Below are positions 21,656 to 31,671 of a stretch of 64,000 nucleotides of DNA, in pieces. The stretch is from Nitrosopumilus sp. (GTDB lineage Archaea > Thermoproteota > Nitrososphaeria > Nitrososphaerales > Nitrosopumilaceae). The notes under the pieces were generated by a model. It was given only the letters and a program-made list of their open reading frames with translations. It was not told the DNA's origin and ran no database searches. The stretch spans positions 1,440,001 to 1,504,000 of the forward strand of contig OZ241857.1 of the NCBI GenBank assembly GCA_965203315.1. The letters run 5' to 3'. A program made the position numbers and the translations under genes. The stretch's first letter is position 1. The number at the start of each line of letters is the position of its first letter.

Positions 21656-21982
21656 ATGGACATATCTATAGACGAGATCGATTTTGACAAAGGTGGTGGT
21701 CTAGTACCTGTTATTGTTCAAGACTACAAGACACGAGACGTTTTAACCCTAGCATATACAAACCGCGAGTCACTGAAACTTGCACAAGAGACATCTAAAT
21801 CATGGTTTTGGAGTCGTTCTCGTAATAAACTATGGATGAAGGGAGAAGAGTCTGGTAACACTCAGGCCATACGCGAGATACTAGTTGATTGTGACTCTGA
21901 TGCAGTGATATATCTCGTCGAGCCGGCAGGCCCTGCATGTCATCTGGGTAAAGACGTCTGTTTTCATAACAGACTGGTATGA
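21656..21982 (+). CDS. hisI: Phosphoribosyl-AMP cyclohydrolase
   Basis: WSRSR..LW.KGEESG, DCDSD, GPACH.G...CF. Confidence 0.95.
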   Translation: MDISIDEIDFDKGGGLVPVIVQDYKTRDVLTLAYTNRESLKLAQETSKSWFWSRSRNKLWMKGEESGNTQAIREILVDCDSDAVIYLVEPAGPACHLGKDVCFHNRLV

Positions 21983-22167
21983 TCGATATCTAGTGTCTTT
22001 ACAGAGTATGATGTGATCTAAATCAAAGTGTACATACCTTGATATTTCTATCTGTGATATTTAACAAACGACGAAATATTTTAGAATAAATTATTTTCAT
22101 TCAATTTCTGATATGCCGATAAATCCATATAATAGATCCGTGATTGATTTAGTTGCAAAATAATCAT

Positions 22168-22721
22168 TTATTTTACCGTTAATGTTTTGATTAAAGATAC
22201 TCCTTGTTTCACATCTTTAGTACTTAACTCCCATCCAACCTCTCCCATCCGTGCCTCAATCTGTTCGTTACCAACACTCTTCATTCTAGATTCATTTAAA
22301 ACATAATGCAACTTTGCTGCATGTGATAATAGTTTTGGTTTTAGACTGCATGCTTTATTGCATTTTATAATCAATGTTTTGATACTATTGTAACCGTCTT
22401 TAGATTTGTTTCGATTCAAAATAAATCTTCCATCATCATTTAATCTATACTTGTATGCATTATAACGTCTTCCAAGTATTCTTTTTCATCTACAAAAGAG
22501 TATGACACCAGATCTTCTAGAGCCATTCCAACCTCTGGACTAAAAGGTCCATAAAAATATGGTCTGAATTCAGCCAGTTCTAGACCACTACACGTTTGCT
22601 GTACGAAATATGTTAGCTTTTGAATCGAAGCCCCTCCAATAATTTCATCACGGTTTTGATTTGAGCCTGATACTCCTTCAGCAATCTCGATTATTGATAA
22701 CAACGTATTATAGACATTCAA
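22168..22721 (-). pseudogene. Frameshifted YwgA/SocA-like (DUF4065-related) gene
   Basis: IQKLTYF...PYFYGPFS..V...LEDL in 22440..22721. Adding one A in the run at 22482-22486 gives EKRILGRRYNAYKYRLNDDG, in frame with 22168..22419. Confidence 0.7.
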
Positions 22722-23026
22722 GTCAAATCACTTTCTAATACATTATAGACATTGCAACTGATCCCTGTCCCGCATCAAAGATTGTACGTCTATTCATCTC
22801 TACCAATATATCAAAACTTGCTGCTAAATATAATGTCGGTTATTATGTTGCGGCCTACTCGTAAACACAGATTTGAGGCATTCTGATACCCTCGATCATC
22901 TATTGACTAATCTGAGCATCTATGTTATCTATCTGTGTATATATTCGACACACAGTAATACTAAACTTTTGCGTGAAAAAATATAGTATTACTTAACTTG
23001 ATATTAGGATTTTTTATGTATGTATA

Positions 23027-24253
23027 ATGAGCGTTCAAATAGTATTGAGTAAGCTACGTTGTAGAGAGTGTAGACGCGAGTATGCACAATCTATGAGATA
23101 TGTATGTGATGACTGCTTTGGACCACTAGACGTAATCTATGACACATCTCCTATATCTGCTGATATATTTACAGGTCGTGAACATACTTACTGGCGATAC
23201 TTTGAACTATTACCCATAGAGTCCAAGTCTAATATAGTCAGCCTAGATGCTGGAATGACTCCTCTAATAAAAGCAGAGAAACTAGGTGCCAAACTAGGTC
23301 TGCGCAATCTATACATAAAAAATGACTCTGTTAACCCAACCTTTTCGTTCAAGGACAGACCAGCTGGAGTTGCAGTCTCTAAAGCAAAAGAGTTTGGTCT
23401 ATCGGCAGTAGGATGTGCATCTACTGGTAATCTAGCTTCTGCTACTGCCGCACACGCTGCAAAGGGAGGACTCGACTGTCACATCTTTGCACCTAGCAAT
23501 ATCGAGATGGCAAAGATAACTCAAGCACTATCTTATGGTGCAAACTATGTTGCAGTCGACGGTACATACGATGATGCAAATCGTATAGCTGCACAAATTG
23601 GAGACAGCCGTGGATACGGTATTGTAAACATAAACATGCGCTCACACTATGTCGAAGGTTCCAAGACACTTGCATTCGAGGTTGCCGAACAACTAAACTG
23701 GCAGACTCCTGATCAGCTAGTCGTTCCAGTTGGCAGCGGTGCGATGCTGAATGCGATATGTAAGGGATTTGAAGAACTAGAGTCGGCATCATTGATACAC
23801 GACACATCAAATATGCACATGATTGCAGCACAACCACATGGGTGTGCACCCATAGTTACAGCATTCAAGCAAAAGAGTAACCTTGTCGTACCTGTCGAGA
23901 CTCCTAACACAATTGCCAAGAGTTTAGCTATAGGTGATCCTGGAGATGGACGATATGTACTAAAACGTCTAGCACAATATAACGGATATGCTGAAGAGTG
24001 TACCGATCAAGAGATCTTGTCTGCAATAATATTACTTGCCAAGACCGAAGGAATATTCACCGAACCTGCAGGTGGTGTATCGGTTGCTGTTCTACAAAAG
24101 ATGATCCAGCAAGGAAAGATTGACTCTAATGATTGTACTGTGTGTTATGTTACTGGCAATGGACTAAAAGCAACAGAGTCTATAATGTCTGTGCTTAAAA
24201 AACCTGATATCATCAAAGCTGATATTAACGAGGTTGCAAAGGTGGTACTATGA
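23027..24253 (+). CDS. thrC: Threonine synthase (PLP fold II)
   Basis: N-terminal Zn ribbon; NPTFSFKDR, ASTGN, EGSKT, PVGSG, TGNGLK. Confidence 0.9.
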   Translation: MSVQIVLSKLRCRECRREYAQSMRYVCDDCFGPLDVIYDTSPISADIFTGREHTYWRYFELLPIESKSNIVSLDAGMTPLIKAEKLGAKLGLRNLYIKNDSVNPTFSFKDRPAGVAVSKAKEFGLSAVGCASTGNLASATAAHAAKGGLDCHIFAPSNIEMAKITQALSYGANYVAVDGTYDDANRIAAQIGDSRGYGIVNINMRSHYVEGSKTLAFEVAEQLNWQTPDQLVVPVGSGAMLNAICKGFEELESASLIHDTSNMHMIAAQPHGCAPIVTAFKQKSNLVVPVETPNTIAKSLAIGDPGDGRYVLKRLAQYNGYAEECTDQEILSAIILLAKTEGIFTEPAGGVSVAVLQKMIQQGKIDSNDCTVCYVTGNGLKATESIMSVLKKPDIIKADINEVAKVVL

Positions 24254-25569
24254 CCAACATTGTATTTGTTATACCCTCTGTATTGAACCAAGGCGGTGGC
24301 GAGAGACGTCTAGATATGTCTGTTGACTCATTATCTGCCGCATTTACAAAAGCTGTTGATGTAATGGGATCTGACTTTGAACGACGTGTTTTAGAGTCAG
24401 ATGGTACGCCTCGTTCTCTGATTAATGTGTACATCAATGGCAAGAATGCGCAATTTGTGGGCGGAATGAATTGTACTCTGCATGACGGCGATGAGATATA
24501 CATTCTACCTGCAGTAGCTGGCGGTTCTGATCTATCTGCAGAACAACTAGATCGATTCTCGCGCCAAGTGATGTTGGAGGACATTGGATATCAAGGACAG
24601 ATAAAGTTAGTCGAGTCCAAGGTATGTATAGTTGGAACTGGAGGTTTAGGAAATCCCATAACATCGAGACTAGCTGCAATGGGAGTAGGAAGTATGCGAA
24701 TCGTAGATCGTGATGTTATCGAAATGTCTAATTTGCATAGACAGACGATGTTTGATGAAAACGATATAGGCAAGGTAAAGGTCGAAGTAGCTGCTGATAA
24801 ACTACAGAGACTAAATCCATCCTGTAATGTAGAAGCTCTTGCAGTATCTGTAAACGAGTATAATGCAGCCGAGATCATACAAGGATGTGATGTCATAATA
24901 GATGCGCTAGATAGCGTCAATGCTAGATATGCATTAAACAAGGCATGTGTCGAGTCTAACATACCGTTTGTTACAGGAGCTGCAGTTGGTGTATCTGGTC
25001 AGGCATTTACTGTAATGCCTGGCTCTAGCGCGTGTTACTTTTGTCTATTTCCTAGTTTGAATGAAGACGCAATGCCTACATGTAGCATCGAGGGAGTACA
25101 TCCGTCTATACTCTCTATTGTTGGCGGAATCCAAGTTACTGAGGCTGTAAAGATAATTCTTGGTAAAGAGCCGAGTCTTGCTACTCGTATACTGCACATA
25201 GATCTTACCAATCTAGACTTTAACTATACCAAGACTAGTCGCGTCTCAGAGTGCCCCATATGTGGAACAGGAGAGATCACCCCTACTGTAAAAGAGGATC
25301 TGTTACTAGAAGAGCTGTGTGGTCGAGGTCGTGGCAAACGAACATTCTCCATTACACCTACACGTACATTTGATCTAGACATTCCTACAATAACCACATC
25401 TGCAAAACAACAGGGGTTTATAGTCGAGAATCAAGGTGATCTGGGACTATCATTGAGAAACGATCAACTAGCTGTAAACTTTATGAAACGTGGGTCTGCT
25501 GTACTAGTTGGTCCAAAAGACGAGACTGCTGCTGTTACTCTGTACAAGAGTCTATTGAATAGCGCATGA
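24250..25569 (+). CDS. MoaD/ThiS ubiquitin-like domain fused to a ThiF/MoeB E1-like adenylyltransferase
   Basis: Internal PAVAGG; RFSRQ, GTGGLG, SNLHRQ, CYFC and CPIC Zn motifs. Confidence 0.92.
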   Translation: MTNIVFVIPSVLNQGGGERRLDMSVDSLSAAFTKAVDVMGSDFERRVLESDGTPRSLINVYINGKNAQFVGGMNCTLHDGDEIYILPAVAGGSDLSAEQLDRFSRQVMLEDIGYQGQIKLVESKVCIVGTGGLGNPITSRLAAMGVGSMRIVDRDVIEMSNLHRQTMFDENDIGKVKVEVAADKLQRLNPSCNVEALAVSVNEYNAAEIIQGCDVIIDALDSVNARYALNKACVESNIPFVTGAAVGVSGQAFTVMPGSSACYFCLFPSLNEDAMPTCSIEGVHPSILSIVGGIQVTEAVKIILGKEPSLATRILHIDLTNLDFNYTKTSRVSECPICGTGEITPTVKEDLLLEELCGRGRGKRTFSITPTRTFDLDIPTITTSAKQQGFIVENQGDLGLSLRNDQLAVNFMKRGSAVLVGPKDETAAVTLYKSLLNSA

Positions 25570-25982
25570 AATTTCTGACACTTGATCTCACAAAATTAGA
25601 TTTTATAGATGTATTCAAATTTTGTTGAGATTGAGATTGTATTCAATAAATGCTCTAGTTGATATCTATTGAAGAGATCAGATAAGTGTCTTTAATGGGA
25701 TCTTTGTCAACTTGCGAGGCATGTAAGATTACTCGTAACTAAATTTCAGGTTCTAACATGTGTAAAACACCAAGTTTTTTAGTTTTGTACCCTGACTGTT
25801 TAATCTCTTGCGAGTTGAAGAGATCCATTTGAATTGGCAAGTTTTACGAATCATGAAATTATAAAACTCTTGCTTTGCGAAAAAATTCTGACTAGGAATG
25901 ATTTATTGGTCGTAGATGTGTTTCTTTTTTAACCATCTATATTTGAGTTAACTGATATATGGTATTATGTATAATACATGTC

Positions 25983-26684
25983 ATGGCAATCATATATGGA
26001 AAATCAGATGCAGAAAAAGAATTACTACGTATTTTACCAAAAGAAGTAAAGAGCCTTGAGGATGTATACAACATCAAATTCAAATTTGAAGATAGACTAA
26101 AAAACACAAAGGGATTTTGGGGCTTTATCAAAAGACGGTATTATAGATACCAGTTATCTAAATTTGAGGGACGAGAGTTTAAGATTTGGTACAAGGGAGC
26201 ATCAGGTGAAAAAAAGACATTATACAAATTACTAAAATTAAACAATTCATATCATGTTCTAGTAGGGTTGAGATATAAAAATAGACGTCGTAAAACAGTA
26301 CAGTTTGATTTTGTTGTGGTGGGTCACACAGGGGTGTATTTACTAGAGGTAAAACATTGGTCAGATTCTTATGCCAAGTCACCTGATAAAGATCCCTTTA
26401 AACAAACTACGAGAGAAGAAGACGCACTTTATGAATTATTTGGTCTTGGGTTTTATTGGGGAGGTGATTTTGCTATTAAATCAATTATATTGTCAATAAA
26501 AAATAACATATTGCCAAATTCTGATTATCAAAATATACAAACAACTGGTTTAAACAATATCTATAATATTATAACAGGAAATAGAGATATTATGTCAAAA
26601 AAGACCGTTTTAAAATTGGTAGAAAAATTGACGAGAAAATGTACTTATGAACAACATACTGAATATCAATCTCCTAATGAATAA
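25983..26684 (+). CDS. NERD-domain (PD-(D/E)xK) nuclease-related protein
   Basis: GASGE, QFDFVVVGHTGVYLLEVKHWS, DPFKQ; AT-rich. Confidence 0.85.
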   Translation: MAIIYGKSDAEKELLRILPKEVKSLEDVYNIKFKFEDRLKNTKGFWGFIKRRYYRYQLSKFEGREFKIWYKGASGEKKTLYKLLKLNNSYHVLVGLRYKNRRRKTVQFDFVVVGHTGVYLLEVKHWSDSYAKSPDKDPFKQTTREEDALYELFGLGFYWGGDFAIKSIILSIKNNILPNSDYQNIQTTGLNNIYNIITGNRDIMSKKTVLKLVEKLTRKCTYEQHTEYQSPNE

Positions 26685-27140
26685 TGAATTGTAACGCTGT
26701 ACATTCAGGCTGATGACTTTATTGTTACTAGGATCACAGAAGCACATAACACCTCTTTGTATGGTTGTTTAGTTGCACCATTTCATAAAAATACGTTGAT
26801 CAGTGGTTTACATAACTATCTCAAAGTGTACCCACACGTATTGAATTTCGTCAAAATCGTCCACTCTGGGTTGATGATGCACTCGGACACGAAAATCAAT
26901 CGTCTCATCAAAACTCATATCAGAATGTAATACTATGATATCTCACATCTTATACATGTCGGTCTCAAGGATCGCTACATTCATGAGATCAAGTATAGTT
27001 TGAGACTGACATATCAATCGTACCTGAACTGAATCATAGTAATGAACAAATCGGTTATAGTCTTTAAATACAAACTTTAGAAAGAGACATCAAATAGATT
27101 ATACATTAATGCTTAATTACAAAAATGTAGACACATAATA

Positions 27141-28769
27141 TTGAACAAACCTCATTATGAGTATCGAATAATCCAAAAGATCGATGCAGATCTACTTCCA
27201 AAGCGAGTTCCAAAGAGGATCCGTACCATCATATCTAGCATCTCGCCTGATGATATAGTATCGTCTGCATCGATTCTTACTAAATATGGCCAAGAACTAG
27301 GCGAGATAAACGCTCACTATCCAAAGAATGTGATCTCGTTTGCATTACATGCAGCATACAAGATGAATCTAGTAGAGAGATTGAACGATAATCAGATCCC
27401 AGATTGGTTCCAAAACCTCGATACAGTAGTCTATTGGTCGTCACAACTACGTGGCAGCAGATACAAGAACACAAAAGATGTAGGTACCGGAGGCACTAGG
27501 CCCGTATATCTATATCATCTATGGAACTTTAACAAATGGATCAAAGATCGAATGTTCAAGATAACTATACTAGAGGGCGCCGGCACTAGCATCTTTACTC
27601 AGCGTACCACTATGCGTAAATTTCAAACGGTTGAGGAGGTACTACGACTATTAGACCAACCCATGGTCGATCCCAAGAATGTAATTCGTATAGTTAAACA
27701 GTATCTACTTGATCCCACACATTTACACAAAAAAGCAACATACATGTCAACAATAAAGAATGCACTACAGTCTTATTTTGTAAAGAATGAACATGAAATA
27801 CACATACATTATAATCCAAAGAACTTGCACAGTACCGAATCTGAAGAGCAGAGTATGTCCCTGTCCGATCTTAGAAAATTCCTAACAGTATCCTCGGTAA
27901 TTGAACGAGCAGTGTTTCTCTCAAAGTTTCAGCGAGGTCTAGATGCATCAACACTAGTAGATCGATTCAACTTTGTTGTATGGGATCAACTGGTATCTCA
28001 CTTTGGCGATTTAGATCATACTAGGTGGGATCTCTCAAAGTGTCCAGTACCTATACGGTGCGTCAGAATGAAGACTGATTTCAAACATACTGGTTTTTTA
28101 GATCGTGATGCAATATCTGCTATAATCACATATCTGGATCATAGACAAACAAAGACTGGAAGATCTATGAGTACAAACCAACCACTATTCATAAACAAGT
28201 TTGGCAATCCAATAACAACAACTTGGATATTCCGTAGCTTTGCAAAACTAGCAAAAGAGTCTTCAATTCAAAACTGTACCGAAGTTGACGGGAAACGTTT
28301 CTACAAACTAGACTCACATGAATTACGCGATCTCTTAAAGTCGACTCTGATCGATTCTGGATGCAGACTCGATGTCGCCGAACACGTCATAGGCCACAAA
28401 CCACGTGACTCGTACGAAAAACAGTCCAAACTATATCCCGAGACTATGCGCAACGAGTATGCAAAAGCGTCCTCTAGACTGAATCTCATGTCGACATCAG
28501 TCTCTACGTCTGATCATCCTCTAGACAATGACATCCAAAACAGTATGCAAAGTATACAAACCATCACAAACTCTACAAAACAGTACACGCAACTCCAATC
28601 AACGCATGTACAAAAAGATAACTTTAGAAATATAGAATATGCAGATATCCAATCTCATATATCCAATTTACAAAATACCGTATTTGCACTAACCAAGATA
28701 TTCAATCAAAGTATGTGTGCTGATTGTAATACAATACATGTCAATCCTTGCCCAAACCACAGTATCTAG
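27141..28769 (+). CDS. Tyrosine recombinase/integrase family protein
   Basis: RMKT, PLFINKFG, SHELRD (HxxR), VIGHK...SYEK; box I reads QRGLDAS. Confidence 0.85.
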   Translation: MNKPHYEYRIIQKIDADLLPKRVPKRIRTIISSISPDDIVSSASILTKYGQELGEINAHYPKNVISFALHAAYKMNLVERLNDNQIPDWFQNLDTVVYWSSQLRGSRYKNTKDVGTGGTRPVYLYHLWNFNKWIKDRMFKITILEGAGTSIFTQRTTMRKFQTVEEVLRLLDQPMVDPKNVIRIVKQYLLDPTHLHKKATYMSTIKNALQSYFVKNEHEIHIHYNPKNLHSTESEEQSMSLSDLRKFLTVSSVIERAVFLSKFQRGLDASTLVDRFNFVVWDQLVSHFGDLDHTRWDLSKCPVPIRCVRMKTDFKHTGFLDRDAISAIITYLDHRQTKTGRSMSTNQPLFINKFGNPITTTWIFRSFAKLAKESSIQNCTEVDGKRFYKLDSHELRDLLKSTLIDSGCRLDVAEHVIGHKPRDSYEKQSKLYPETMRNEYAKASSRLNLMSTSVSTSDHPLDNDIQNSMQSIQTITNSTKQYTQLQSTHVQKDNFRNIEYADIQSHISNLQNTVFALTKIFNQSMCADCNTIHVNPCPNHSI

Positions 28770-28814
28770 TCTCAAACTTTAAAACATAAAAAACACACGT
28801 ACAATTCTCATATA

Positions 28815-30422
28815 ATGCAGTTAACGCTATCAGATATCAATGACATGATAAACAACGCTGCAATTCCACTTGGAACACTGATATCTCCTTCTAGCATCCA
28901 AGGTGGTCACATGCTGCTTCGTAACGAGAGTCAACGTAATCAAAAACTGCTAAAGAGTTTGGTCTGCTTTAGCATGAACGGCACTCCTTGTCTGGCATCG
29001 ATTGCAAGCGTTGAGACTCAGAATCCATTCATGGATATGAGATCTCCTTTGGGTGTTGGAAACATGAGCTTTATTGCAAATCGAGGACGTGTGCCTCACA
29101 CCGAAGACTCGGATATGCGATTTGTAAAGGTTCAATTTCTCACAAAACTTGACGAAGAGGGTAACAGAGAGCAGCTCTTAACTTCCCCGGATATTGGTTT
29201 AGACGTTATTGCAGCAAGCGATCAGATCTTTGAGGCATTCTATCCATTTCAATTTCCACAAAATATTGCAGTAGGTCGCTATCTTGGACGAGAACTTCCC
29301 GTGCCACTAGATGTATATCAACTAAAGACCGTTCACTGTGGAATATTTGGTGAGACTGGTTGGGGCAAGAGTGTTCTCCAAGCATTTCTTGCAGCGACAC
29401 TTGCAAGGTCTGGCTGTAGATTACTGATCTTTGATCACTCTGGCGACTATTCCAATCAAGAGACCGATGTAAACAAGATATTCTCTACTCTGGTTGGAGA
29501 GAAGGGTCAAAAGTATGTCGTGTTTGACGCAACCCAGATCCAGGCAGATCACAATCTATTACGTATAAAATTGAACAACGTAGACTTTTGGAATCATGTA
29601 TTTCAAACCACTCCCGAGTATGCAGAACGTCTAGCAATAGAGATAGTCGATCAGATCGAGTCTCAATTTCCAGAGATCAACGATCTAAAGAATGTCGATG
29701 GTGGAAGGTTTTACAACTTTGTGATGGATGCAATATCTCAAACTTGGTCAGGTCAGGGAACCATAGAACAAAAGAAGAGAATAGCAGACTCTAAACAAAA
29801 GAAGATAATACATTGGTTCGTAGACGAGATTCGACCATACATTGATAGAGATATAACCTTTGATGACGTAAAGAATACAATCCTCTCACAGACTGCTGTG
29901 GTTATAGATCTATCTGGTCCAAATATGGATGATGCAGAGAAGGCACTCTATGTAAGCAAGATAGGCAATATGATCCTTGTCGAAGGCAACAGATGTTATC
30001 CAAGATCGAGACTGAATCTTATGGTGATGGTAGACGAGGCTCATATCTATGTCCCACAAACAATACGAGATGTAGAGAACATTTACTGGATAAAACAGTC
30101 CAAGAAGACGATAATCGAGATTGCAAAACAGGGACGCAAGTATGGTCTAGGACTCTGTCTAGCAGATCAACGAATAACTGCAGTAGACAAACAAGCAATA
30201 GATCTGGGTACCTACTTTCTTGGCAAGTTAAAGATGGCCGGAGATCGAGCAAACATTCGCGAGATGTTTGGAGCAGATGAGGCAGATGCACTACGAACTA
30301 TACAAAAGTTTCAGTTTCTAGTTGTCGGTAACGCCAGTCCGCTAGAGGATGTTACAGCGCCGATATCCGTATTTGATCCATCTACAGATCTAGACCTAGT
30401 GAACAATCTACATACTCGGTGA
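28815..30422 (+). CDS. HerA/FtsK-like ATPase (DUF87)
   Basis: HCGIFGETGWGKS Walker A, IFDHSGDY, VMVDEAH Walker B, KQGRKYG, ADQR. Confidence 0.92.
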   Translation: MQLTLSDINDMINNAAIPLGTLISPSSIQGGHMLLRNESQRNQKLLKSLVCFSMNGTPCLASIASVETQNPFMDMRSPLGVGNMSFIANRGRVPHTEDSDMRFVKVQFLTKLDEEGNREQLLTSPDIGLDVIAASDQIFEAFYPFQFPQNIAVGRYLGRELPVPLDVYQLKTVHCGIFGETGWGKSVLQAFLAATLARSGCRLLIFDHSGDYSNQETDVNKIFSTLVGEKGQKYVVFDATQIQADHNLLRIKLNNVDFWNHVFQTTPEYAERLAIEIVDQIESQFPEINDLKNVDGGRFYNFVMDAISQTWSGQGTIEQKKRIADSKQKKIIHWFVDEIRPYIDRDITFDDVKNTILSQTAVVIDLSGPNMDDAEKALYVSKIGNMILVEGNRCYPRSRLNLMVMVDEAHIYVPQTIRDVENIYWIKQSKKTIIEIAKQGRKYGLGLCLADQRITAVDKQAIDLGTYFLGKLKMAGDRANIREMFGADEADALRTIQKFQFLVVGNASPLEDVTAPISVFDPSTDLDLVNNLHTR

Positions 30423-30426
30423 TATC

Positions 30427-31671
30427 ATGTCTAGTAACTTTACGTTTGACTATGAAAGTCCATATGATATATCAAATGAACTTCCAATCCCACCAAAGAT
30501 GATCGAGTCTTCCATGAGTATAATCCAAGACCAATCTACCCGACAGTTTGATGATATTCAAAGATTGGTGAGCGATATCAACGAGGCCAGATCCAAACTA
30601 GAACCGATAATTCGTCTAGTCAATACTAGTGACACGTATACTGACTTTTATGGTATAGATGGTGGACTTGGTATCTCTAATGCTACCATTGGTGGTACAT
30701 ACTCGTCTGTGGTGGGTGTAGCATATCCGGCACACAAGGCTGCCGAGTCTTACATGTTGATCGATCCAATAATAGTTCCGGCTGGTCTCGGCGCACCGCA
30801 TCAAAACTACTTTCAGATGTGGATGAAAAAGTACGAACTTGCAGTAGCTGCAAGAGCCACCAAACGAGGAGACTGTATCTTCTTTGACGGTACACTAGTC
30901 CCAACCATCTTTGCTCGGTTCTTACAGTCTGCAGCAGACTATGAGGCGCTACGTCCAGCTTTTCTGACGATGTTTCAAGATGCATTTGTAACCACAGACA
31001 AGAGATGTCTGGTAGACGAGATCCTAGACAGTAATGTTCCTATTGTGGGTATACCAAAACGTGTCCACTCTAGAAATATCATAAACACACGACTACGCTT
31101 TATGAAACTCCCTACATTTATGAGCGATCTGATGGCATGCTCTCTCTTGCTCAAGCCTGGTGAGTATATCACACCAATGGATTACAAGATGGTCTATCAG
31201 ATGCAGGCAGGAAAGAGCGATCCATTGACCGATGAGGAACTGGCACTATCCAAGCGACATTGGGATTTAGTTACAAAACTTCTCCGAGAGCCAGACGAGA
31301 TCCCAAAGCGAGCAGGACTCGATGCAAGCGTCAAGACGATCCCTTATCTTGCAGAGAATACTCTGGTTACATACTTTAAGCCGGTATCTGGTTCTATCGC
31401 AATTCGCGTCGAGTTTCTGAGACGTGACCTAGACTCTCTATCAAAGATATTGGCTACGATCCAGGCCGACTTTGACAAGGTGTCGAGACTACCCTTTTGT
31501 GTATTCATGGCGGACAAGTACTCTAAGAGCAATAGAAACATACCACGGATGATAAAGACGTCGATAGCAAACAAGCTGATCAAGATTGCACGCGAGCGTG
31601 ATGTGACTGATCCCAATACATTATGGTACATCAACGAACTATCTTCATCACTAGGGAGTCAGACCATCTAG
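30427..31671 (+). CDS. NurA-like nuclease
   Basis: YGIDGG, FFDGTL, VGIPKR, LLKPGEY, RVEF, LPFCVFMAD; lies 4 bp after the HerA-like gene. Confidence 0.82.
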   Translation: MSSNFTFDYESPYDISNELPIPPKMIESSMSIIQDQSTRQFDDIQRLVSDINEARSKLEPIIRLVNTSDTYTDFYGIDGGLGISNATIGGTYSSVVGVAYPAHKAAESYMLIDPIIVPAGLGAPHQNYFQMWMKKYELAVAARATKRGDCIFFDGTLVPTIFARFLQSAADYEALRPAFLTMFQDAFVTTDKRCLVDEILDSNVPIVGIPKRVHSRNIINTRLRFMKLPTFMSDLMACSLLLKPGEYITPMDYKMVYQMQAGKSDPLTDEELALSKRHWDLVTKLLREPDEIPKRAGLDASVKTIPYLAENTLVTYFKPVSGSIAIRVEFLRRDLDSLSKILATIQADFDKVSRLPFCVFMADKYSKSNRNIPRMIKTSIANKLIKIARERDVTDPNTLWYINELSSSLGSQTI

